Positions 1 to 16,916 of a stretch of DNA of 45,617 bases are shown here, one piece after another. Numbering within the stretch: position 1 is the first letter of the stretch; each line of letters begins with the position of its first letter. The DNA comes from Eledone cirrhosa (Eukaryota). The translations under genes and the position numbers were made by a program. The stretch spans positions 1 through 45,617 of the forward strand of contig CAXHJY010000824.1 of assembly GCA_964016885.1 (NCBI GenBank), read 5' to 3'. The notes under the pieces are model-generated. The model did not search any database and was not told where the DNA came from. It saw only the letters and a program-made list of their open reading frames with translations.

Positions 1-178
1 TAAGGTGACCCCCAGTTTCCCCCTCACATCAGCCAGGTAAAGACGAGATATATATTATATATTCATCCAATATGTGCAGGGTAAGAATGATACACATGAG
101 TTAGGGGCTGAAGCAAAGGGTTGATCTATGACAATTTTAGTCAATAATAATATACTTTGGCCATCTCAGTCAGAGGAG

Positions 179-189
179 ATCATCATCAC

Positions 190-225
<36 letters not shown>
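179..225. repeat. (CAT)n microsatellite (LINE tail on the minus strand)
   Basis: Direct reading. Confidence 0.95.
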
Positions 226-227
<2 letters not shown>

Positions 228-344
228 GGCGGCGGCCTCAGCCGAAATGGACTCAACAATTGATCTCTACGTGGGTCTGTCGTTCATTGCCGTTGCCAAG
301 TCCTGGATTTCAATACCAGAATCTGTGGAGATGACATCGGAGAA

Positions 345-761
345 GGAGAGCTTGCACCCCCTGTTATTAGTGACTGCTTGTGGTTTCCAAAGCACTAATG
401 GGGCCACAGTCTCATAGGTGACACGATGGCAGTGGCCAGCAAATTAGGATAGGAGAGCTTGCGCCCCCTCTTATTAGTGACTGCTTGTGGTTTCCAAAGC
501 ACTAATGGAGACACAGCCTCATAGGTGGCACGATGGCAGTGGCCAGCAAATCAGGATAGGAGAGCTTGCGCCCCCTCCTATTAGTGACTGCTTGTGGTTT
601 CCAAAGCACTAATAGAGACACAGCCTCATAGGTGGCACGATGGCAGTGGCCAGCAAATCAGGATAGGAGAGCTTGCGCCCCCTGTTATTAGTGACTGCTT
701 ATGGTTTCCAAAGCACTAATGGAGACACAGCCTCATAGGTGGCACGATGGCAGTGGCCAGC
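345..761. repeat. 107-bp tandem repeat, ~3.9 copies, derived from LINE coding sequence
   Basis: GGAGAGCTTGC recurs at 345, 452, 559 and 666 with near-identical units. Confidence 0.95.
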
Positions 762-1431
762 TCTTTTTACGCACAACGACAGATATGCATGGGAGGCTGG
801 CATATACCTTTCTCAAAGTCAGATGTCTAGGGTTAAATTCGTTATGGGCACCTGGATATTACTAAATTGGCAACACCATTATCACCAAGGACAATATTAT
901 AGGAGTCAATGTTTCAACACACGATTTCACATCAAGAATATTACAAAACAAATAGATACACGGATAAGGTTTGACTATATTATAATAGATTTCAATTTTC
1001 CTGTTTCATAATATTAGAGGGTAATATGTTTTTCGGGGTTAGAAGAGACTGATAACGTTGAACAAAAACAACAGCAAAAAGAAGAACCACAACAATAGCA
1101 ACAACAAAAACAACACACTAAAACAACAACAACGACAACAATAATAATAATAATAACAATATTAAAAATAAAGCGATTCATAATTAAATGGCAGCAGTCT
1201 CGTTGTTAGATATACGAGATTATATATTAGTTGGATCATGTAATATGCACTTATATATATATTCCATTTGCGAGAAGTTGGTTTTTCTGAGAGCGAAGCG
1301 TTTTATGTGTACATGCAATCATCAAACGATAATTACGTATTCAAGTGTGTACACACACAGCCGCGTAATAGGGTGAAAGCAGAAATTCTTTGCTTAAACT
1401 TTAATCTGTACTAAAATTATTTATATATATA

Positions 1432-1647
1432 AAGTGCTCAAGCGCAGAAATTCTATATAGATAGCTTATAAAATAGGGTGAAGACACTTACAAGTCGCAA
1501 AAAGGAGTTGCCCTCAGCAGCTGGTATCTGGAAGGTATGGGGTTCGTTTCCCCATAGCGGCCCATGGCAACACCTTTCTCCGTCTTTTAAGGAAGTTCCC
1601 CCTATTTTATAAGTTATCTTTATAGCATGTCTGCTCTTGAGCACGTT
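1432..1647. mobile_element. ~216-bp element with ~45-bp imperfect terminal inverted repeats, TA-flanked (MITE-like)
   Basis: GTGCTCAAGCGCAGA..CTATATAGATAGCTTATAAAATAGGG (1434-1478) is the inverse of CCCTATTTTATAAGTTATCTTTATAG..TCTGCTCTTGAGCAC (1600-1644). Confidence 0.6.
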
Positions 1648-1702
1648 CTTTATATCTATATATATACATATATTCTCAGAGTTTCTAAAACCGAAAATCC
1701 GG

Positions 1703-1742
<40 letters not shown>

Positions 1743-1774
1743 CCAGAAATAATAACAGAACACACTCACTTTAT

Positions 1775-1876
1775 TTTATAATACACTCTGTCTAGCTCTA
1801 CACCTCGACACTGAAGTGAACCTAAACATCGAGTGCTCACCTGGGTGAACCCATAGTAACACCACGTTACACTCCC
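1775..1876. mobile_element. Short TA-flanked interspersed repeat (family C)
   Basis: CTCTACACCTCG.CACTGA..GAACCTAAACATCGAGTGCTCACC..GTGAACC is shared with 40100-40203. Confidence 0.75.
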
Positions 1877-1901
1877 TATATATATATATATATATATATA
1901 T

Positions 1902-2085
1902 AACGAAGGAAATGTGGTAAGGAACCAGGTGGACCATAACGCACCAAAGTACTCAATACTTGCGGTAGTAGAGTGGGTAATAGGAACCAGTAAGACCCCG
2001 ACAGCTGAGCTCAAGCCGTTTCGACGGCTAATTCAGAATTAGCCGTCGAAACGGCTTGAGCTCAGCTGTCGGGGTCTTACTGGTT

Positions 2086-2090
<5 letters not shown>
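1902..2090. mobile_element. Family A (TA)n-embedded fold-back element (Penelope-like pLTR fragment, inferred)
   Basis: A ~133-bp unit AACGAAGGAAATGTGGTAAGGAACC...GCCGTTTCGACGGCTAATTC is followed by a perfect 55-bp inverted copy (1980-2034 / 2036-2090). Both flanks are (TA)n. Confidence 0.8.
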
Positions 2091-2122
<32 letters not shown>

Positions 2123-2154
2123 TATATATATATACATATATATTTATTATATAG

Positions 2155-2283
2155 TAATAATAATAAAATTGAAGACTAAAATCCAAAGAGGGCTCGATAA
2201 CTTTGTTAGTTTCAGAAGATCCCGTTAAGAGTGAAAGCAGCGATTCTTTGCTTAAACTTTAATCTGTTATTTTAATAAATATT

Positions 2284-2284
<1 letters not shown>
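2155..2284. mobile_element. Family B (TA)n-embedded element, two oppositely oriented pieces
   Basis: GAAGACTAAAATCCAAAGAGGGCTCGATAA (inverse of 3372-3405) is joined to TTTCAGAAGATCCCGTTAAG.GTGAAAGCAGCGATTCTTTGC (same as 3264 onward). Confidence 0.7.
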
Positions 2285-2324
<40 letters not shown>

Positions 2325-2665
2325 GCTATATTTTAGCTGCTTAACAGTTTCGGTTATATTTCAAAATGCAATTATCGGTTTGCTGTATTAGTTGCGTAAG
2401 AGGAGAATATATAAGAGGAAAGAAGAGAAAACAAATTAAGGGTGAGATGGTGGGAGCACTAAGGAAATAGCGAGTGTAGATAGTCATAGACAGAAAGGTA
2501 TAGAAAGATATCAGTTGGGGAATCATCACTTACAATACAAACGTCTTAAAACATTTAGATGTAACTACGGATAAAAGTGACACGAATGCAATTTTCGTTG
2601 AGAGCTTGTAATTACCATAAGTTTTACATAAACTCTGCATAATAGATATACAGGTATGTATGGAC

Positions 2666-2697
<32 letters not shown>

Positions 2698-2840
2698 CTA
2701 GGTAGGGTAGAACCATCCCACCCTCGTAGCAACATGTGAAGTTAATTAACATTCTTGTGCTTAGTTTTCAAGAAACAGATAATGAAACGTTCAATAAAAT
2801 TCTTAACGTAATAAGAAGAAATAAACACACATACATACAA

Positions 2841-2883
<43 letters not shown>

Positions 2884-2902
2884 TATATATATATATATAT
2901 AA

Positions 2903-2949
<47 letters not shown>

Positions 2950-2951
2950 AT

Positions 2952-3138
2952 ATAGGAATATGTATGATCCTGACGGCAGAACTCAAGCCGTTTCGACGGC
3001 TATTTCTGAAATAGCCGTCGAAACGGTTTGAGCTCTGCCGTAGGGGTCCTACTCGTTCCTATTACCCACTCTACTACCCTAAGTATTGAGTACTCTGGTG
3101 CGTTATGATCCATTTGGTTCCTTACCACAACTCCTTCG

Positions 3139-3140
<2 letters not shown>
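2952..3140. mobile_element. Family A fold-back element
   Basis: Inversion centred at 3007 (GCTATTTC-T-GAAATAGC); the full arm ends CCTTCGTT into (TA)n. Confidence 0.8.
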
Positions 3141-3185
<45 letters not shown>

Positions 3186-3190
<5 letters not shown>

Positions 3191-3420
3191 TTATTAAAAT
3201 AACAGATTAAGTTTAAGCAAAGAATCGCTGCTTTCACCCTTAACGGGATCTTCTGAAAGTTAGTTTCAGAAGATCCCGTTAAGGGTGAAAGCAGCGATTC
3301 TTTGCTTAAACTTAATCTGTTATTTTAATAAATATTTGCTCTACGGTTCTTATATATTTGATATATATTTATCCTTATCGAGCCCTCTTTGGTATTTTAG
3401 TCTTCAAATTTATTATTATT
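3186..3420. mobile_element. Family B fold-back element
   Basis: A ~70-bp inverted repeat 3186-3258 / 3264-3336 surrounds a short GTTAG spacer and continues to ~3420; TA-flanked. Confidence 0.8.
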
Positions 3421-3422
3421 AC

Positions 3423-3466
<44 letters not shown>

Positions 3467-3878
3467 TCCAGGGTTATTCTTTCAGCATCATACTTCAAAT
3501 ACATATTCTTTAACATGTAAATTTGACTTATTCATTATCTTAATCTTATTATTGTTATTGTACTGCATGGAGGAGTTTTCTATTTAAATATATTCTCAAT
3601 TTTTTTTTCTTTAGATTCATTTTTGTTCTTCTTCTTTTGCAGTCAGTTGACGCTTGTCAGATTTACAAAAGAGGTATATTAATAGATTCACAAATATACA
3701 GAGAATTGCTTAACAAAAATGCATGAAACAACATTAAAATAATAAGTTCAAATGCAATAAAGCTATTTCTAGAATGATTACTTCAAACTTGAAACATTAT
3801 AACTGATATTTTATAACTTCTGCAGTTTTCAATTTCAATTTAAATTCCGTGATGTATGTATGTATAGAAACAGACACA

Positions 3879-7841
<3,963 letters not shown>

Positions 7842-8220
7842 TGGTACGAACTCGCTATCCGATCGATAGCTCACATGTCTGGCTACATTTATGTATGAAT
7901 ATGTTTGCAAATAAGAGGGGCACATATATAAAAAAAATATATCAATAAATAGATAGACAGTGAGATATGTAAACACCCACACATATATACCCCCCCCCTC
8001 TCATTATTAAGGTCAATACTAAAAACGAAGCCATACCAGGAACGTAGTTTTTGTTGGTCTGGAAGACCAACTATTTACTGTATAGAAATGTCGATGACCC
8101 CCTGCAGACAACTGATGAAGGAACATTTTCTCCCGTTCTTGCTTTCCTCTTTTTATAAGTACACCTTATGCAGGAACTACACAGCCCATTTATTCTTATA
8201 AATATATATATATATATATA

Positions 8221-8355
8221 TCTTATTTCTCATTCTTTCTTCTGATGAAGGACTAGCGTCCGAAACGTTAAGACCCTCTTCTTGCTATATGAAGCGTTGA
8301 CCAAATATATCCCTTCCATATACTCTACCGATTGTGTTGTTATTTCTGTTTACCT
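8221..8355 (+). mobile_element. Family D short element carrying a hammerhead motif
   Basis: A homologous copy lies in reverse orientation at 36132-36263; flanked by (TA)n. Confidence 0.75.
8238..8273 (+). ncRNA. Minimal type I hammerhead ribozyme motif
   Basis: TCTT-CTGATGA-A-GGAC(TAGC)GTCC-GAAA-CG-TT-AAGA. Core boxes are intact, stem I is TCTT/AAGA, stem II is GGAC/GTCC, and stem III is the loopless palindrome AACGTT. Confidence 0.75.
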
Positions 8356-8357
8356 TT

Positions 8358-8432
<75 letters not shown>

Positions 8433-8633
8433 TTAGTTATACTATTTATGGTTATGTAAACACAAAACCTTAAGCAGTTGTAAGTATTTTACACACACCC
8501 TAAATAGTGGTAGGCAGTAATGTATTACTACCTTATTACCAGTAAGTTAAGTAGCTCAATGTAAAAACATCAGATGATTTACAGAGCAGTTATATGAAAT
8601 ATAAGAATCAAAGAACTGTTCAAAACATTAATG

Positions 8634-8680
8634 TGCTTACAGCTGTTTCCTCCAAACCGAGGTTTGGATTCTTCGGAGCA
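8634..8680 (-). ncRNA. Type I hammerhead ribozyme motif (U4C variant)
   Basis: Minus strand TGCT-CCGAAGA-A-TCCAAAC(CTCG)GTTTGGA-G-GAAA-CAGCTG-TA-AGCA. Stem II is 7 bp, stem III is the palindrome CAGCTG, and stem I is TGCT/AGCA. Confidence 0.65.
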
Positions 8681-8878
8681 ATTTATTAATGCATTGACAG
8701 TTATATGACCTCCTTTTCAGCCGAGAGACATACCAATACATATTCAAACATTGATACATATTCAAACATTGTGGGTCAACATTCATTACAGAATTTAGAG
8801 TGGCAGTACACACTTCGAGATTACATTTATATTAATAGGTAGAATCAAAAATCTTATATATATATATATATATATATA

Positions 8879-8996
8879 TAGGAACGAATAGGACCCCGAC
8901 TGCAGAGCTCAAGCCGTTTCGACGGCTAATTCTGGACTGAGTATTGAGTACTTTGGTGCGTTATGGTCCACCTGGTTCCTTACCACATTTCTCTCG

Positions 8997-8998
<2 letters not shown>
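8879..8998. mobile_element. Family A element with internal strand switch
   Basis: A forward piece ending GCTAATTCTGGAC is joined to a reverse piece TGAGTATTGAGTACTTTGGTGCG...CGTT; TA-flanked. Confidence 0.75.
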
Positions 8999-9028
<30 letters not shown>

Positions 9029-9394
9029 ACTTTTACCTTTCTTCCTTTCTTTCTCTCTTTCTTTCTTGTTTGCTTCCTTGCTTCATTAATTCCTCCTTTA
9101 TTTATTTATATATTTTCTTTCACGTCTATTTCATCTAACAAATATCTGTATACATAAATCCACTTTCCCCACATATTCTTTCTTTATTCTGTTCTTTAAA
9201 ATGTTCTTTTAAGAATATCTTTTCTATTTTTATGACTTTTGTTTCAACTAATTTTTCACCGAAATGTTTTCATTGTAGGTTCATTCTTGTTTGTTTTGTT
9301 GTCTTCCAATGTTTACATAACATGTTTCACGCGTAATTATCTATATTAAATATTCCTTGGGAATATTATAAGATACAGATCAGTTAAAACCTCA

Positions 9395-9397
<3 letters not shown>

Positions 9398-9432
<35 letters not shown>

Positions 9433-9435
9433 TAT

Positions 9436-9479
<44 letters not shown>

Positions 9480-9499
9480 TTATATATATACACAGACAC

Positions 9500-9532
<33 letters not shown>

Positions 9533-9593
9533 TATATATATATATATATATACACACATACATATATACATACACACACACACATATATATAT

Positions 9594-9624
<31 letters not shown>

Positions 9625-9627
9625 CAC

Positions 9628-9658
<31 letters not shown>

Positions 9659-9741
9659 ATATATATATACACATATATATATATATATACACATATATAT
9701 ATATATATTATATATGTATATATATTATATATGTATATATA

Positions 9742-9824
<83 letters not shown>

Positions 9825-10282
9825 TATATATATATTATATATGTATATATATTATATATGTTATATATATATTATATATATGTATATATATATATTATAT
9901 ATGTATATATATATATTATATATGTATATATATATATATATTATATATGTATATATATATATATATTATATATGTATATATATATATATTATATATGTAT
10001 ATATATATATATTAATATATAGTATATATATATATATAGTATATATATATATATTATATATAGTATATATATATATATTATATATGTATATATATATATA
10101 TTATATATATAGTATATATATATATATAGTATATATATATATATTATATATAGTATATATATATATATTATATATGTATATATATATATATTATATATAT
10201 AGTATATATATATATATTATATATATAGTATATATATATTATATATATATTATATATATATATTATATATATATTATATATC

Positions 10283-10315
<33 letters not shown>

Positions 10316-10349
10316 TATATATATAGTATATATATATATATTATATATC

Positions 10350-10382
<33 letters not shown>

Positions 10383-12618
10383 TATATATATAGTATATAT
10401 ATATATATTATATATCTATATATATATATATATATATATTATATATGTATATATATACATATATAATATATATATATATATAGATATATATATATAGATA
10501 TATAATATATATATATATACATATATAATATATATATATATATAGATATATAATATATATATATATATATATTATATATGTATATATATATTATATATGT
10601 ATATATATATATATTATATATGTATATATATATTATATATGTATATATATATATATTATATATGTATATATATATATATATTATATATCTATATATATAT
10701 ATATTATATATGTATATATATATATATATATATTATATATGTATATATATATATATGTATATTATATATGTATATATATATATTATATATGTATATATAT
10801 ATATATGTATATTATATATGTATATATATATATTATATATGTATATATATATATATTATATATGTATATATATATATTATATATGTATATATATATATAT
10901 ATTATATATGTATATATATATATATTATATATGTATATATATATATATTATATATGTATATATATATATTATATATGTATATATATATATATATTATATA
11001 TGTATATATATATATATTATATATGTATATATATATATATTATATATGTATATATATATATTATATATGTATATATATATATATTATATATGTATATATA
11101 TATATTATATATGTATATATATATATTATATATGTATATATATATATATTATATATGTATATATATATTATATATGTATATATATTATATATTATATATG
11201 TATATATATATATATTATATATGTATATATATATATATTATATATGTATATATATATATATATTATATATGTATATATTATATATGTATATATATATTAT
11301 ATATGTATATATATATATATTATATATGTATATATATATATATTATATATGTATATATATATATATATATTATATATGTATATATATATATATATATTAT
11401 ATATGTATATATATATATTATATATGTATTATATATATATTATATATGTATTATATATATATATTATATATGTATTATATATATATATTATATATGTATT
11501 ATATATATATTATATATGTATTATATATATATATTATATATGTATTATATATATATTATATATGTATTATATATATATATTATATATGTATTATATATAT
11601 ATTATATATGTATTATATATATATATTATATATGTATTATATATATATATTATATATGTATTATATATATATATTATATATGTATATATATATATATATT
11701 ATATATGTATATATATATATTATATATGTATATATATATATTATATATGTATATATATATATTATATATATATTATATATGTATATATATATATATTATA
11801 TATGTATATATATATATATTATATATGTATATATATATATATTATATATGTATATATATATATATATATTATATATGTATATATATATATATATTATATA
11901 TGTATATATATATAATATATATATTATATATGTATATATATATATATTATATATGTATATATATATATATTTATATATGTATATATATTATATATGTATA
12001 TATATATATATTATATATGTATTATATATTATATATGTATTATATATATATATTATATATGTATTATATATATATATATATATTATTATATATATATTAT
12101 ATATGATATATATATATAATATGTATATATATATTATATATGTATTATATATATATATTATATATGTATTATATATATATATTATATATGTATTATATAT
12201 ATATATTATATATGTATTATATATATATTATATATGTATTATATATATATATTATATATGTATTATATATATGTATTATATATGTATTATATATATATAT
12301 TATATATGTATTATATGTATATATATATATGTATTATATATGTATTATATATATATTATATATGTATTATATGTATATATATATATAATATATGTATGTA
12401 TATATATAATATATGTGTATATATATATATAATATATGTGTATATATATATATAATATATGTATATATATATATATATAATATATGTATATATATATATA
12501 TAATATATGTATATATATATATATAATATATGTATATATATATATATAATATATGTATATATATATATATAATATATGTATATATATATATATAATATAT
12601 GTATATATATAATATATA

Positions 12619-12650
<32 letters not shown>

Positions 12651-12651
12651 A
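9398..12651. repeat. ~3.2-kb complex (TA)n-derived satellite (TATTATATATG-type higher-order units)
   Basis: Direct reading. Confidence 0.95.
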
Positions 12652-13515
12652 CAGTAATCTCTATAAATATTTTATCCCTTTTTTGCGTTGCTTCTCTTCC
12701 GCCAGATATTCCCTAAAGGGAGTTTCAGTTATGAAATAGCAAGGATAGTCTCAGTTGTTTGAAGTTTGTGTTTTTTGTTCTCTAATATTTATGTATTACA
12801 TAAATACCAAAAAGTTAATAACTACATAACAAAATGAAAAGAAAAACACAAACAACAACACAAAAGAATATGGAATAATAATAATAATAATAATAATAAC
12901 AACAACAACAACATTGATAACAATAATAACGACAGCAACAACAACAACAACTACAATAATAATATCTTGCACAAAACATGAGACATCGGTGTTGAATAAT
13001 ATATTCTTCAAGAAAGCAATTGTCTGTTTCAAACGTATCGCTATCTCTTCTCTTCCCCCTCGAAACAGCGACAACAACGACAACAACAACAATGACAACA
13101 ACAACAGCAACAGCAACAACAATAACAACAACAACAGTAACAACAAAAGATCAAGAACAACAAAAGCAGTAACAACAACACCAAGAGTATGAACAAGTAA
13201 AATATGTAGGCATGATAAAAAACATTTGTTATCTGGGCTGGAGCTAATTTCAACTTTACAACACAGTGTATGGAGATGGGGGACGTGGGAGTTAAGAACA
13301 ACTAGTTTTATTGTTGTTGTTGTTCCTGTTGTTGTTTATAAGTAATAACTACACGTAACCTGGGGTTTGAGAAATAAATGTAGGTATGTTTGTGTATGGA
13401 GGGACTTTATGGGTGTAATGCATGTGAGGCCCTGTAAAATATGTTAGATTTGGGAACTGGCTAGACACACACAAGATGGCGCATATATATATATACACTG
13501 TATACAACGATACAT

Positions 13516-13581
<66 letters not shown>

Positions 13582-13612
13582 TGTATATAACGATACAAGT
13601 ATGTATGTAAAT

Positions 13613-13640
<28 letters not shown>

Positions 13641-13643
<3 letters not shown>

Positions 13644-13821
13644 GGAAAAGAGTCAGGACCCCGACGGCTGAGCTCCGTTTCGACAGCCAGGTCTTGCTGC
13701 CGAAACGGTCGGAGCTCAGCCGTCGGGGTTCTGACTCTTTTACTATTACCCACTTTACTACTCAGTATTGAGTACTTTGGTGCGTTATGGTTCACCTGGT
13801 TACTTACCACACTTGCTTTGT

Positions 13822-13825
<4 letters not shown>
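13641..13825. mobile_element. Family A variant fold-back element
   Basis: CCGACGGCTGAGCTCCGTTTCGACAGC-CAGGTCTT-GCTGCCGAAACGGTCGGAGCTCAGCCGTCGG, then the family A body. Confidence 0.75.
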
Positions 13826-13860
<35 letters not shown>

Positions 13861-13863
<3 letters not shown>

Positions 13864-14036
13864 ATAATAATAAATTTGAAGACTAAAATCCAAAGAGGGC
13901 TCGATAAGGATAGATATATATCAAATATATAAGAACCGTAGAGCAAATATTTATTAAAATAACAGATTAAAGTTTAAGCAAAGGGTGAAAGCAGCGATTC
14001 TTTACTTAAACTTTAACCTGTTATTTTAATAAATAT
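13861..14036. mobile_element. Family B element, inverted pieces
   Basis: A reverse copy of the 3300-3420 segment is joined at ~13981 to forward AAGGGTGAAAGCAGCGATTC... Confidence 0.75.
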
Positions 14037-14056
14037 AAATATATATATATATATAC

Positions 14057-14179
<123 letters not shown>

Positions 14180-14503
14180 CATATTCATGTCAGTACATAA
14201 GAAAGAAAAGAAAGACAATAGTAATTTTTACAATGAATGTCTTTCCGTCCAACAAATACTAATTTAAGTTAGATCAATGATGAAGCGGTCCCTCTTCCAT
14301 CTTAGATCTGACATAAGACATATATATATATGATGTTTCAATGTTCGTTATATTTCCTCTATTACAAGAGATTAATATCATATATGTGTTTTCAATTACA
14401 AATTTCATATTCTAATGCATATTCATAGATATATACGAGCACAAGTATATACATCCGTAATACGCCAACACACAGTTACATATATATGGGCATGTATGTA
14501 TGT

Positions 14504-14755
14504 GGAGGTAGGTGGCCTAGTGGTAAGGGTCTTGGTTCGATTCCTGGGTTGCGTGTTGTGTTCTTGAGCAAAACACTTCATTTTACATTGCTCCAGTATA
14601 CTCAGTTCAAAATGAGTACCAGCAATACCTGGGGGTCTAAATCCTGCGAAGGACTGGCATCCTGTACGGTGGAGAGTCTTGTACTCTCAGTGGCTTCGCG
14701 CCATGAAGGCGAGATAAGCACCGGCCAAATGAGACTTCTGGCTTAAGACAGACTC
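14504..14755 (+). mobile_element. tRNA-derived CORE-type SINE
   Basis: A box TGGCCTAGTGG, B box GGTTCGATTCC and CORE-like GTGTTCTTGAGCAAAACACTT...AAATGAGTACCAG. Confidence 0.7.
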
Positions 14756-14776
14756 TAGACTTTTAAACGTAGATAG

Positions 14777-14940
14777 ATGTATGTATGTATGTATGTATGT
14801 ATGTATGTATGTATGTATGTATGTATGTATGTATGTATGTATGTATGTATGTATGTATGTATGTATGTATGTATGTATGTATGTGTGCGTGTATGTATGT
14901 ACGTGTGTATGTACATACGTATGTATATATGTATGTATGC
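14777..14940. repeat. (TATG)n microsatellite
   Basis: Direct reading. Confidence 0.95.
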
Positions 14941-15320
14941 ATTTATGGCAGAATTCTAGAAGGAAAACTCTGATATAACACCTGCAACCCTGATGGTATC
15001 CAATGATGTTGACTTGTTCTTCTTTTTGGTAAATATCATCTTGGTTAAGAGAGTGGGACTGGCTTTGTGCAGTGCCTTTGCTCACTATAAAAGCTTCACG
15101 GCACAGGCATTGCTTTATATCTGGAGATCTCTCTGCACTTATCGTCACATGGTACCATGGGCCCAGCACTATGTGTCAATAATTGTCACAAGTGTAGTGT
15201 TTGTACCAGAGTTTTCAAGTCGCTGGCTGGACTAAAAAGTCACACTCGTTCAGCGCATCGGGGGTTCTCCTACGTGGATGTAAAGTAGTGGCCGTACTCG
15301 AAAACGAGTTGGCAGCCACC
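14941..15320 (-). mobile_element. (TATG)n-embedded interspersed repeat (family E)
   Basis: 15177-15320 is nearly identical to 21001-21147; both are bounded by TATG-type repeats. Confidence 0.7.
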
Positions 15321-15478
15321 ATGCATTTATGTATGCATTTATGTATGTATTTATGTATTTATGTATGTATTTATGTATGTATGCATTTATGTATTCCCCC
15401 CTCGCTTTTGCTCTTTGTATTTATACATGCATACACATGTATATGTATCAGTATGTGATGTATGTGTGTCTTTCTAAC

Positions 15479-16052
15479 CCTCCACTCGTGCCATCTCCCT
15501 CCACTCATGCCATCTCCCTCCTCTCGTGCCATCTCCCTCCACTCGTGTCATCTCCCTCCTCTCGTGCCATCTCCCTCCTCTCGTGCCATCTCCCTCCACT
15601 AGTGCCATCTCCCTCCACTCGTGCCATCTCCCTCCACTCGTGTCATCTCCCTCCTCTCGTGACATCTCCCTCCTCTCGTGACATCTCCCTCCACTCGTGT
15701 CATCTCCCTCCACTAGTGCCATCTCCCTCCACTCGTGCCATCTCCCTCCTCTCGTGACATCTCCCTCCTCTCGTGACATCTCCCTCCACTCGTGCCATCT
15801 CCCTCCACTAGTGCCATCTCCCTCCTCTCGTGACATCTCCCTCCACTCGTGCCATCTCCCTCCACTAGTGCCATCTCCCTCCTCTCGTGCCATCTCCCTC
15901 CTCTCGTGACATCTCCCTCCACTCGTGTCATCTCCCTCCACTAGTGCCATCTCCCTCCACTAGTGCCATCTCCCTCCACTCGTGCCATCTCCCTCCTCTC
16001 GTGCCATCTCCCTCCACTCGTGCCATCTCCCTCCACTCGTGCCATCTCCCTC
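15479..16052. repeat. 19-bp minisatellite, ~30 copies (CC[A/T]CTCGTGCCATCTCCCT)
   Basis: Period of 19 (TCCACTC at 15481, 15500, ...) with interspersed variant units. Confidence 0.95.
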
Positions 16053-16344
16053 ACGTTAATTTTTCTTCCTTTCCTCATTAACCCACCCTTCTGTCTCTTT
16101 CTATTCTGTGTTGTTTCTATATTTCTACAATTCTACTGTCTCTATAATTTTGCAATAATCATCATTTTTGCTAATCATATCTCAACCAGTCGGCAATAAT
16201 GTAATATAGTAAGCCAGGAATGTTATAACCTTGTTTTACAAGTCATAGTTCAAATTTGGTGATAATTATGAGGAGACCGATCGTCTTAATCAGCAGAAAA
16301 TATAATTATTTGTATAACAGACATTCATAAATACACGCATACGA

Positions 16345-16916
<572 letters not shown>

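Larger units (their letters stand above)
179..761 (-). mobile_element. RTE-type non-LTR retrotransposon 3' end (ORF2 C-terminus) with (GAT)n tail and internal tandem amplification
   Basis: The minus strand reads AGHCHRATYEAVSPLVLWKPQAVTNNRG(R/C)KLSFSDVISTDSGIEIQDLATAMNDRPT*RSIVESISAEAAAG*, followed directly by (GAT)n. The AGH.HR / LW.P / RGR / M.DR..W pattern is typical of RTE ORF2 C-termini. A TAG replaces the expected W codon. Confidence 0.8.

Noticed and set aside
345-761. CRISPR-like periodicity (also at 28983-29744 and 15479-16052)
   Set aside because: Whole units repeat with no unique spacers, there are no cas genes, and the context is eukaryotic.
8112-8140. CTGATGAAGGAAC hammerhead start
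   Set aside because: No downstream GAAA/UH at a suitable distance.
15240-15320. HDV-like ribozyme at the family E end
   Set aside because: A P1 with G-U is possible, but P2 and P3 would compete for the same bases and there is no P1.1 G after P1; a simple hairpin fits better.
15474-15950. 158-aa repetitive ORF
   Set aside because: It is a by-product of the 19-bp minisatellite, which is open in several frames.
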